Assembly: GCF_035084215.1 (NCBI RefSeq)
Contig: NC_090332.1
Coordinates: 35,030,001-35,094,000, forward strand
Source: Heptranchias perlo
Taxonomy: Eukaryota
Reading direction: 5' to 3'
Length of the DNA: 64,000 nt
The stretch's first letter is position 1; every line of letters starts with the position of its first letter. The notes beneath the pieces were generated by a model. The model did no database searches and was not told the DNA's origin. It saw only the letters and a program-made list of their open reading frames with translations. The position numbers and the translations under genes were made by a program. Positions 11,774 through 23,300 of the stretch are shown piece after piece.

Positions 11774-12533
11774 CCGGAAGATGTACATCTGAGGGGGTCC
11801 GCAAGGTAGTTAAATGTGTCTGGACACCGGGGTAAGTGTGCAAGTTGGTGAATTTTATTGTTAGGAGGAGGGCGGTGGAGGTCAAACTCTGTCCAGAGTG
11901 GCCTCCTGCAATGAGTGAGGGTCTCCCCTCCCCACCTGTCAAATGGACCTTTGCAGCTGCCACAGGCTGATGGCTGCAACATGTCCATTTGAAATGGGAG
12001 TGTTTCCCCCAGTACGGGAAACAGTCTCAGTTCATTTCAAAATCCCACCCCTCCTAAAATATCAGGTCAATCAGATCTGTAAACGACCTGAAGTACCTGT
12101 TTAAGTGGCACCCCGCCGGCTTTAGTTGCCGGCGGGAGTCCCACTTGCGGGGGCTGCGCGCGCATGTCAGCGTGTCACTGGGGAACCCGGAAGTGGGCGG
12201 GTTGGAGCCGGGCTCCAGACCCGCCCCGGGAATCCCTGATTTTCGCAGCCCCCCGCCACAAACGCACCCGCCCGGGGGTGCGAAAATCGAGCCCATTACC
12301 TCACACTTCTCTGGATTGAATTCCATTTGCCACTTTTCTGCCCACCTGATCAGTCCATTGATATCTTCCTGCAGTCCACAGCTTTCCTCCTCTCTATCAA
12401 CCACATGGCTAATTTTTGTATCATCTGCAAATTTCTTGATCAAGCCCCTCACATTCAAGTCCAAATCATTAATAAATAATACTGAGCCTTGCGGGACCCC
12501 ACTGGAAACAGCTTTCCAGTCGCAAAAACTCCT

Positions 12534-13698
12534 GTTTTTTTTATTCGTTCATGGGACGATGAAGGAACGGCGATATATTTCCAAGTCGGGATGGTGTGTG
12601 ACTTGGAGGGGAACATGCAGGTGGTGTTGTTCCCATGTGCCTGCTGTCCTTGTCCTTCTCGGTGGTAGAGGTTTGGGAGGTGCTGTCGAAGAAGCCTTGC
12701 CGAGTTGCTGCAGTGCATCCTGTGGATGGTACACACTGCAGCCACTGTGCGCCAGTGGTGAAGGGAGTGAATGTTTACGGTGGTGGATGGGGTGCCAATC
12801 AAGTGGGCTGCTTTGTCCTGGATGCCGTCGAGCTTCTTGAGTGTTGTTGGAGTTGCACTCATCCAGGCAAGTGGAGAGTATTCCATCACACTCCTGACTT
12901 GTGCCTTGTAGATGGTGGAAAGGCTTTGGGGAGTCAGGAGGTGAGTCACTCGCCGCAGAATACCCAGCCTCTGACCTGCTCTTGTAGCCACAGTATTTAT
13001 ATGGCTGGTCCAGTTAAATTTCTGGTCAATGGTGACCCCCCAGGATGTTGATGGTGGGGGAATCGGTGATGGTAATGCCGTTGAATGTCAAGGGGAGGTG
13101 GTTAGACTCTCTCTTGTTGGAGATGGTCATTGCCTGGCACTTGTCTGGCGCAAATGTTACTTGCCACTTATCAGCCCAAGCCTGGATGTTGTCCAGGTCT
13201 TTCTACATGTGGGCTCGGACTGCTTCATTATTTGAAGGGTTGCGAATGGAACTGAACACTGTGCAATCATCAGCGCACATCCCCATTTCTGACCTTATGA
13301 TGGAGGGAAGGTCATTGATGAAGCAGCTGAAGATGGTTGGGCCTAGGACACTGCCCTGAGGTACTCCTGCAGCAATGCCCTGGGGCTGAGATGATTGGCC
13401 TCCAACAACCACCACAATCTTCCTTTGTGCTAGGTATGACTCCAGCCACTGGAGAGTTTTCCCCCTGATTCCCATTGACTTCAATTTTACTAGGGCTCCT
13501 TGGTGCCACACTCAGTCAAATGCTGCCTTGATGTCAAGGGCAGTCACTCTCACCTCACCTCTGGAATTCAGCTCTTTTGTCCATGTTTGGACCAAGGCTG
13601 TAATGAGGTCTGGAGCCGAGTGGTCCTGGCGGAACCCAAACTGAGCATCGGTGAGCAGGTTATTGGTGAGTAAGTGCCGCTTGATAGCACTGTTGACG
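12534..13698 (-). mobile_element. Second LINE family (CR1/L2 group RT), 5'-truncated, nested in CR1
   Basis: QFGFR, LDIKAAFD, GVPQGSVLGPTIF, (F)ADDCT and IYKAQVRSVMEYS. TSD aaaactcct at 12525-33 and 13699-707. Confidence 0.9.
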
Positions 13699-14236
13699 AA
13701 AACTCCTCTCAACCATTATCCTTTGCTCCTGCCACCGAGCCAATTTTGGATCCAACTAGCCACTTTCCCTTGGATCCCATAGACTTTTACTTTTTTGACC
13801 AGTCTTCCATGTGGGACCTTGTCAAAAGCCTTGCTAAAATCCATGTACAGTACATCAAACGCGTTACCCTCATCGACCTTCCCTGTTACCTGCTCAAAAA
13901 ATTCAATCAAGTTAGTCAGACATGACCTTCCCTGAACAAATCCATGCTGACTGTCCTTGATTAACCCGTGCCTTTCTAAATGACGATATATGCTGTCTCT
14001 CAGAATTGATTCCAATAATTTGCCCACCACTGAGGTTAGACTGACTGACCTATAGATACTCAGTTTATCGATTTCTCCCTTTTTAAACAACGGTACAACA
14101 TTAGCAGTCCTCCAATCCTCCAGCAACACACCTGTAGCCAGAGAGGATTGGAAAATGATGGTCAGAGCCTCCGCATTTTCCTCCCTTGCTTTTCTTAACA
14201 GCCTGGCATACATTTCATCCAGGCCTGGCGATTTAT

Positions 14237-14623
14237 TTTGGTTTTTTTTATTCATTCATAGGATGTGGGTGTCGCTGGCGAGGCCAGCATTTATTGCCCA
14301 TCCCTAATTGCCCTTGAGAAGGTGGTGGTGAGCTGCCTTCTTGAACCGCTGCAGTCCGTGTGGTGAAGATTCTCCCACAGTGCTGTTAGGAAGGGAGTTC
14401 CAGGATTTTGACCCAGCGACGATGAAGGAACGGCGTTATATTTCCAAGTCGGGATGGTGTGTGACTTGGAGGGGAATGTGCAGGTGGTGTTGTTCCCATG
14501 TGCCTGCTGCCCTTGTCCTTCTAGGTGGTAAAGGTCACTGGTTTGGGAGGTGCTGTCGAAGAAGCCTTGGCGAGTTGCTGCAGTGCATCCTGTGGATCGT
14601 ACACACTGCAGCCACAGTGCGCC
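14237..14623 (-). mobile_element. 3' end of the same second LINE family
   Basis: Near-identical to 12546-12750 and additionally carries the intact 3'UTR (catccctaattgcccttgagaaggtggtggtgagc) and an A-rich tail. Confidence 0.88.
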
Positions 14624-17204
14624 TATCTACTTTATTTATCTACTTTCAAAAATGTTAATCCCCTTAATACTTCCTCTCTCGCTATGTTTATCCCATCCAA
14701 TATTTCACACTCCTCTTCCTTAACTACAATCTCTGCATCGACCCCCTCTTTTGTGAAGACAGACACAAAGTATTCATTAAGAACCATACCCACATCTTCC
14801 ACCTCCACACATAGGTTATCTTTTTGGTCTCTAATAGGCCCTACTCTTTCCTTAGTTATCCTCTTGCTCTTTTATGTATTTATAAAACATTTTTGGGTTT
14901 TCCTTTATTTTATTTGCCAGTATTTTTACATGCCCTCTCTTTTTGCTTTCCTAACTTCCTTTTTAATTTCATCCCTGCACTTTTTATACTCCTCTAGGCT
15001 TTCTGCAGTATTGAGCTCTTGGTATCTGACATAAGCTTCACTTTTTTTCCTTATCTTACCCTGTATGCTCTTTGTCATCCAGGGGGCTCTAGTTTTGGCA
15101 GTCCCGCCCTTTTTCTTTGTGGGAAAAAGCATTAAGGAATAGTAAGAGTAGTAAGCAGATAACTTGCAAGATGATTATAAGGCTGCACATATACTGGTAC
15201 TTTTGCATCAATGCAAAACAGTTTGGGGTGTCTATTAATGTGAAAATGCCAGCAGAACTGCAGTCAGGACCCCAGTGATGTGAGACCTGCTCCAGAAGCC
15301 CATTTCCATACTGCTTGGGCTTGGCACTGAATAGATTATAAACTAGAGCACGTGATTGGTGTCTGTTGTGAACACTTGTCAATTTTCTTCTTTGAATGTC
15401 TGTCAGTTTACTTCTTTCTCACTAGTTAAGATTTCAGGAATCATTGAGGGGAGCATTGAGTGGGACCTCAGTAGGAGTGCAGTTTCAGAAAGGGAATAGG
15501 ATTCAAGGACCTCACATCACGAGCATGTTAATAATCAGAAATCACGCTCCAGACCCCTAGCTACTTGGAAGGAAGAATACAGCAAATCTATTAGCAACCA
15601 CAATCTATTACAATATAATTAAAGTAGCATTCTTGCTACTTTGGTAGAACCACTGTTTAATATATTGGTGGGCTGAAGACAATGCAGCTGTACGTTGCTG
15701 CCACCTTCTGCCTGAGCAGGTTTCTCCACACCTTCTGCCTGAGCAGGTTTCTTGGGCAGCATGTGGTGCATTGAGAAGTGGAATAAACCAACTAACATCT
15801 GTCACTATGACTGATATGGCTAGAGATGGGATCCACTGAGTTAGAAATGTGCATTCAGAAGATCCCTTTTGTTGCAGGGAGCAATAGGAGTGCATTGTGT
15901 TTTTGTTTAAAAATAGTAAACTATACTATAACTGCAAATATCTTCTAATTTTGAATCTGTTCTTTTGAGTACTGGATTATCAAACTGGGATTTCTAAATT
16001 TTCTAAACTAGAACAAATAAAGGGTGAAAAGCATAAAAAGAAATAAATAAAATAAAGATCAGAAAGGAAGAAAACAAAAAGAATGAAGGGGAAGGTTAAG
16101 GAGAGCAACCTTACTCGATGTAAATATCAGGGTTTACATATATAAATATTTCCCTTCCCTCTTTGTTTCACCCATCAGGTAGTACCCCACCACCATGCCC
16201 ATTCCCCTTTAATAATGCGTACTTGAAGATCATTACTCAGGACTGCACCAGCGCAGAAGAGTATTAACAGATTGCTATGCTGTTTCTGCTGCCATTAGCT
16301 TGGTTGTGCTGTTTTCTTAAACAAAATGATACATGTGTGAGACTTGTTAAATTGAGGGTAGGATGGATGACTGAAAGTTCCACAGTCAAGTCCATCAGTT
16401 TTCTAGCCTAGCTTCAATTTGGCGGAAGAGTCCACACAAAGTTCCTTGTTTCTTTTCAATCGCATATCCCATGATTTTACTTTTGAGTTCAAGATTTTTT
16501 CACATGACTAAATTCAGTACAGCTCACGTAGTTTTGCATCATTTTTTGCCCACTGTTTGGATTCAGTTCAACGCAGAATCATTATCAAATTACTTTCGAT
16601 CACAAATTAAAGATGTCGATTTCACATGAAGAGTTCCTTGACATTGTGACGCACACCATTTTTTTTGTAAAGTTATTAAAGCAGCATAGGGCAAGCAATT
16701 CAAAGGAATCTTTTATTTAGCAATTGTTTCTTAATTTTACAATGGCACTGAAATTTGACTTGAAAACAGATTATGCACTGTTATCAGAAAGTCACTAGAA
16801 TTCATTGTAATTTAGTATATATTTTGTAGTTTTTAATTTGCATCAGTGTGCTTAATTAAAAATTGACGAATTTCTTCAGTGTGCTGAACGTCAGTATTCT
16901 GATAAGGTGTGATGGAATAAGCAAATGTCCAAGTTTTTGTTATGAAGGGAAAGTGGGTCAGAGCTGGCAGATGGGCTGTAAAAAGACTGGCTGTTCGTCC
17001 GTTTTCCTTCTCCCTATTGTACCCAATATATGGAAATACAAAACCGACTGCTGTCCATCTATCAAAAAATTCCAACTTGAGTCTAAAGTTCAAAGCATGC
17101 TTAGTTTAAAAAAAACTTTGTAAATCAACTTCTCTGCATTTTTCATAAGAATGTTTCATATAAACTCCTGATGCCGCAGTTAGTAAAGATATACATGTCA
17201 GAAA

Positions 17205-17520
17205 ACCTCAAGTTCAAATTATGGTCTGTGCTGAGTTAGCTACAAGCGGTGGTAAGGAATCAATAATTGCCTCAGTGCTCCTGGGCTATGGGAGGGAAAA
17301 TCTGTTAAGGTTCCTGCTCCTGATCTGTTGCATGTATGGATGTTGGATGAGGATCAGATCAGCAGTGCTAAAATGTCCTTCACAATCAGATACCCTGTCA
17401 ACATCCACAGCCTAGGGTCACACACGAGGATTAGATAATTGGATGAGGTACCAGAGGGTGTTCAACTTCTGTGGAATCGTACTCCAGCAGAGGTTGACGC
17501 TTTCAGGAGAGGAAGAGGGG
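17205..17520 (+). mobile_element. SINE family A copy
   Basis: agttcaaattatggtctgtgctgagttagct...ggttcctgctcctgatc, homologous to 4513-4715. Confidence 0.55.
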
Positions 17521-20291
17521 AGAAAATTAGCCAAGAAAAATTTAATGTATATGGGCCTTAGGTGGTACTGGTGACCCAGCCATAAAGATTGTACAAAGGA
17601 TAATTCATTCATCTCATTTGAATATTGAAATTTGATTGATTGAAAGATACTTTGAGGATTGTTGAGTTTGATGATGATAATAGAAGCAATGATGGATGCA
17701 GTCACTCAGAACAATGTGAGGACAGTATGGAACACACCAGAAAGGACCTTCACTATGTCACATTAATAAGCTTATCTTGTCCGTCTCCATACCAAATATT
17801 GACTGGAAAACTAGGCCAGGCAGCAGGTAATCCTGCTGCCACTAGATGTCATTATTGGAGCTATTTGGAAAGCACAGAATAAAAACATAACAGCAACAAA
17901 AGGACTAGAAAAGCCACTTCGCCCACTGAACTCATCCCTAATTAAGCCCATTGACCTCATCCCTAAAACCCTAACTCTCTCAACCTAACATTCATTGTGA
18001 ATGCCCCTGCGATTCCACCTTGCAGATTATTCCATTATTTACCATCCTTTGAGCAAAAAAAATCGTCCTAATAATTAAAAAATGTGTTCTTCACCAACTT
18101 AAAGTTATGTTTCCTGTTTCTAATAACTTAACTTACTGTGAAATAATATTCTGGATTTACATTACCTTTATGTTCTGTATACCCGGATGCATTCTTCCCT
18201 CCTCTTAAAGACTGATGTTCCTCTGTTTTGCACCCAAGATTAAGCATTCCTGAGATGTGAAAAGAGGAAAAAGATGCAGAGACTTGTGGCATTGGGTTTC
18301 TGCCCATTATATGTTGCCTGGGGATTTCCTGGGAGTCCCCTGAGTGGGAAAGATCACTTGTGCCTACAGGAAGAGCAAGAATGGAAATTATGCCGAGGCA
18401 GAAGGACATAATAACGCCTTCTGGCTTACTGTCCTGCCTCAACCTCGGGCAGTCCAGTGCCCATAAGGAAGAGCACCTGGAAGATGTAGGCTTTGCTCCC
18501 AACCCTGCTCAGATCGTAGGATCTGAGAGGAGAAAGCAGTAAGGATATGGAGGGCCCAAAAAGATAGGTGCCTTTGGCAGTTGTTCTTGGACAGAAGCCA
18601 GAAGGCTCCTTAGCTGGTGGCAATTACCACAGCTGCAGACCTCAGATGTGTGAGTGTATTATCACAATCCTCAAGAATCTAGGTGCTAGACCCTGCCTGA
18701 AGTACTGCTGGAGTTTACCCAACTAAAACTGTGCAGTCTACCAGCACAGAGCATTGACCAGCTTCTCGTTGCTTGTCCATTCGTGACCATGCGACGCATA
18801 AAGGCATTGGTTTGCAGGGTTATTTAGAGCCAAGTGAGAAGTTATGTTCCCGCTCACCCCCCCCCCCCCCGCCTCTGCAGGAGGTACTCAACTAATTGGT
18901 CGTAAGAGGGTTGAGCCCTCACTAGGTGGACAGCAGCAACCAGGAACTCTTCATAAGTGCCCAGCATAATGTATCGTAAGATATTTAAGTGTATTATCAC
19001 CATCCTCCTAACCACAGCACGGATACACACCATACCCTTTGAATGTGGTTTCATCCATTGAGGATGCGAAGCTTCAGCAACTGCTTGTTTCTTTGCAACC
19101 CATTAATGGTTGATATCGAGCCTTGGATACATCCCTTCCTGCAACTGTTTCCACTATCTGCCACAAATCCATCTTATTTGGTCTTGAACATTGATTAAAG
19201 GATGCCCTTCCTTTAAATGCCTAGATATTCTGAACTATGAAGGAGTTGACTTGTCGAAAACTGAATCATATTTATTAGCCAATCAAATCATGATATTTGA
19301 TTGATTGATGTTTGATATTTGATTCGACTGGTTGCATCATTAAAGTGGTCAGGTTATACTTATGACATCTCTTGCAAAACATCTGGTTCTCAGATAGCTC
19401 ATGAGTTAAGGAGGCTACCCAGCAGAGCAGACACACACATAATGAGTTTTCTGATTGGTGGCACCTTAGGGGTTAAGGGGTAAATGTAGTTTGTAATTTA
19501 TTCCCCTTTCCCATGTGGCACATGTTTCCAATACCATTGGAGGGGTTTAGGAACAGGCTGTTCTCTATTAGTGTACCATGTGAAGTGCTGCCATGGAATT
19601 GTTTTTTTTTAACTTGACCCACTCAGAAGTATCAGAAAAATAGTAATATGCTGACATTCACTCTATTTAAAAACACATCTATTTGTGGACTCTTAATTCT
19701 GACCAGTTGCATTAAAAGTAACAATGTGGCCCTTTGACCTGGATGAAATAGTCCCTCTGACTTCCCATGCAGTGCAGTCCTATTCCTTTCTGGTATTTTG
19801 TTGTAATTCCTATGGTACCATTGTGAGAGTGTGCTGGAAAGGCATTTAATTTTTATCGATATTTATTTGGTGGTGCTAACTTCTGCCTCACGCTGCCAAA
19901 TAAAATACATATCTTAGTGCTATGGAACTCAGGACTGTATTCGCCTGCCATCGACAGTGCAACTGAAGTATTGCAACAAGTATGGAAAGTTCATGAGCAC
20001 ATTGCTGCGTTGGGGTTGAAGAAAGAAACATATGGTATATACATTAATTATTGTGGTTCTAGGATTTAAAACTATAACCAAAAATGGGATTGTCTTATAA
20101 ATTTGTTCCTATAACAGATGTTCATACGAGTTGCCTTTACTATTTACAGTAATGCCGTCGGGATGAATTTTGGTTGTATCTAAATATGGATTTGTGTATT
20201 TTATGTCACTCACATATTGCTCACATGTTTTTGGTATGAAAGAGTTTGTGAGTTTTGCCGATGTCAGCGACTCTCTGTTTTATTCTTTCAG

Positions 20292-20421
20292 GCACCGCCA
20301 GTGCGACCCAGCTGAGAAACACATTTACAAATCTGTCCCTGTGTTTGGATCACACTATGGGATTGACAAACAAGGAATGATTCGAGTAGGGGACCCTGTG
20401 TACATGATTGTTGAGCAGTAG
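20292..20421 (+). CDS. MTARC: Terminal coding exon of the mARC gene
   Basis: Acceptor tattctttcAG ends at 20291. Phase 2 joins the upstream exon (AG+G=Arg). Reads HRQCDPAEKHIYKSVPVFGSHYGIDKQGMIRVGDPVYMIVEQ*, matching the mARC C-terminus (RxCDP...PxFG...GxIxVGDPVY). Confidence 0.95.
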
Positions 20422-21960
20422 GAGTGAACAATGCCAGAAGGAGTGCTGTTTCTTCTGCAAAATGATTACAAGTTTAATGTCTGCACTTTTGATTACTGTG
20501 CCATTAATTGCTTGTAAAAGTAGTAAACCGAGGATTTAAAATGAAGCAAATTTTTTTTAGCTGAACACTGCCTTAACCAAATAGATAATACTACTTTCTT
20601 AAAAATGAAATAGCAAAATAGACTGGCCTATTTTACAAACTTTTATTGACATGAAGTATTTAAATCATCCTTGAAAAGAATAAAGCATTGTTGTTAGGAC
20701 TTCTCTTAAAAATCAGTTACAAGGAGTTAGTAACTTTAACATCTTTAATTTTTGTTCCCACCTGTACTTCTGATGGTTTTTTCTTAAATACTCAATTAGT
20801 TTTAATGACTTCACTGGGGAATTAGCTTTGAGGATTTATCAAGCCCATTGGACTGAAGGAGCTGAAGTAACCTATCCAGCTCACTGAAGTACTTAAGGTC
20901 AATGACTTATCTCTGCCAATATTAATTCAGTTCCCTATCATTGTATTCAACTCCAGCTGTAGTATTTTCCAATTATTTGGAGTGCACAGCAGTGCTACGT
21001 GCTTGTGTGTCTGCAGCCCAACAGCTGAGAATGGGTTGGGGGGGGGGGGGATATTTCTATAATTTTAAAGGAAGTGAAAATAGCTGATGCAAATTGTGAA
21101 AGGGGAAAAAAGCCCATAAAAGTAGGAAGTTCAACATGTATTGAGATACTTCATTAATTATTATTGCTAAACTCTCTCTGGGAAAAAAACACCATTTCTG
21201 TGAACAACCTCAGCACTTGGTTAAAATGCTGAGCAACTACCTGCCTCCAACTGCCTCACGGACAGTTAGAAATCTGCAGGGTGCTGGTTTTAAGCCTCAT
21301 CTTTCTCCCAGTCTTCCTCTTAAGTGACATGCATCCATAGCTTGTTTTTTATGTCCTTTTAAAAACTTGCATTTTTTATTCTTTAGCTTTTTATGAATTT
21401 GCTACTTAAAGAAACCCCTCTAATTCACAAGAAACCCGAGCTTCTAATGATTTTCGCAGAGGGTGCATGTCAGCTGTTGCAGGTGGTTTACACACATTCT
21501 TTGTTCTGAGGCACTTCTCCCTGATGTATATTGTATTTTTATACTGCCATTCAGTGGTTCCAGCAGTCAATTAATTTTGGTAGTCTATTTCTCCCTGGAG
21601 TCAGTGCTGGATGTACTCCCTGACTGTATTAAGCATCAGATAAACAACTTGTGAGCAGTGGTTTACTGGGAAATAAACCACATCGTGATGTTGCGATTGT
21701 GTAACCTACTCAGCCTTCAGTTTTGTGCATTGTCTCTTGAGCTTCTGCTTTTAATCCTTTCTAGGACCAATGCAAGCTTAATTTTTATTTCAAAGCTACT
21801 AAAATAAATTAATTTTTTATATGCGGTCATTTGGAGCTTATGTTGCCCTTTTTTTCGTGGAAAGGGGAAGTAGGACAGTGCCAATGCATGTTGTACAATA
21901 GCTATTATATCTGATTTTACATACACACGCGCAGTGATAACAGAAATAAATCCAAGAAAT
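20422..21960 (+). other. Probable MTARC 3' UTR with candidate polyadenylation signals
   Basis: AT-rich unique sequence after the stop codon. AATAAA at 20679-20684, about 21672 and 21945-21950. The site actually used cannot be determined. Confidence 0.5.
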
Positions 21961-23086
21961 GTGCTACAAAACAGACATTTGTTTTTGAAGGAATTGTCTT
22001 ATCGAGTTACTCAGTTTTGGGGAATGCAATTTTTTGCACTCATTGTTTAGTATCAGGCTGTCCGAGGTTAGGCATTGATATGGTTAGATAGTAGGATAGT
22101 AGTGATGTGGTCATGTCTTGGGCAAGAGAAGACCATTGGTCCATCTAACCTACCCTTCCAAACCTCCCATCGGGTTCCTTACCTGATTCTGGACTATAGC
22201 CCTGTATCGCCTTTTCTGACAGGATATCATTGAATCCTTTTTTAAACCCTGTTACACTGTTCTCTTCCAGGACCTAGAATTCTGTGCCAAAATTCTACCA
22301 TCCTATTACTAAAAAAAATTCCTAAATTTCCTGTTTTCCTTTGACACCCTGGCCATGATTTTTACCTGGAGCCGGGAGAGAGCGGGGGGATAGATTTTCA
22401 CTGGGGAAACCCGGAAGTGAAGTGAACACATTGGAATCTGTGATCGCAACTCAATTGAAGGCAATTATTTTTGCTTCTTGGTTTCACATCTCTAAGCTTC
22501 GCAGTGGGTGTTATGTGCACCCGAATGATGCAATCTGAAATCTATTATTTAAAGGGCCAGTGCAAAAATGGATTTTGGAGGAGAAAGAAGGAAATAAAGC
22601 TATGGATTCAAAGACAGCAAGGGCAGCACCCAGGTTCACAGATGCTTCACTTGAAGTAGTGCTGGGTCCAGTGAGAACCAGGAGGGAGCTAATTTACCCA
22701 AGCGAAAGGAGGAAGAAACCTGGTTCTGCCAACAAGTAGGCATGGCTGGAGGTGGCAGAAGAATTGAGCAGTAGGAGCATGGTGCCCAGGTCTTGGCTGT
22801 AGTGCAGAAGGCGCCGAAATGATTTAATGAGGTCAGGAAAAGTGAGTACAGTTGCTAATTCACCCACATCCTGTGGTGTACAACACCCCTCCTCTCACTC
22901 TGTCTTGGCAAGCCTATTCCATCACATCACTCCTCACATTCAGTTAAGTTTCAGCACCAACCATCCTTCACTTTCTATGCATTTCTTCACCTCCCCATTT
23001 GTGCACCTACCACTACCACTCATCCCAATCCTTATGCACTGTGATGCATCTGTCTGATAGTCACGCTCTGATGCATGTGTCTGACA

Positions 23087-23300
23087 TGTAATAAATTGGA
23101 TAGCCAGGTAGTGAAGGATAGAATACTAGAGCCTGGTCTTCAGTTGCTTCTAAGCCTTTATTCACACAGATCCACATTACCTACTGTGCACCCCCTAAAT
23201 AAGCTCTTATACAAATGGATACAAGAGAGTCCCTAATTGATATGCACCGCCTGAATACAATTAACACTAATTGATATAAAACATACAAATATAATTAACA
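23087..23300 (-). mobile_element. Solo LTR inserted in intron 1 of the copy 3 Myb gene
   Basis: TG...CA termini, 5-bp TSD tgaca/tgata (1 mismatch), AATAAA on the minus strand. Homologous to 55397-55605. Confidence 0.75.

Larger units (their letters stand above)
8994..12294 (+). mobile_element. PIF/Harbinger transposon copy 1 (Myb gene on +, truncated transposase on -), deletion derivative
   Basis: Termini GGGCCTGATATT / AAAATCGAGCCC. TSD ATT at 8991-93 and 12295-97, which restores the host CR1 sequence caaatac-att-acctcac. Two convergent genes. Confidence 0.93.
8205..15125 (-). mobile_element. CR1 LINE split into four pieces (about 8205-8993, 12295-12533, 13699-14236, 14634-15125) by three later insertions
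   Basis: CR1 ORF2 becomes continuous once the inserts are removed (ORFs 8411-8992, 12054-12464 N-part, 13716-14255, 14926-15132). Tail at about 8205-8220. Confidence 0.9.

Noticed and set aside
9252-11788. Domesticated HARBI1/NAIF1/MSANTD host genes
   Set aside because: The sequences are bounded by TIRs and TSDs, are multi-copy, are nested in a LINE and carry disabling lesions.
15701-15752. Short tandem duplication (accttctgcctgagcaggtttct x2); similar duplications at about 26120-26157 and 3980-4050
   Set aside because: Two-copy local slippage events with no sign of function.
17640-17770. Acidic stretch resembling a Harbinger transposase C-terminus
   Set aside because: Similarity is compositional only, with no diagnostic motif.
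18130-19230. Moderately GC-rich stretch with short ORFs, possibly a decayed transposon or exon
   Set aside because: No recognisable motif, splice-consistent frame or termini. It needs a database search.
20170-20291. N-terminal part of the 83-aa ORF as coding
   Set aside because: It is intronic read-through upstream of a clear acceptor. mARC similarity starts at 20292.
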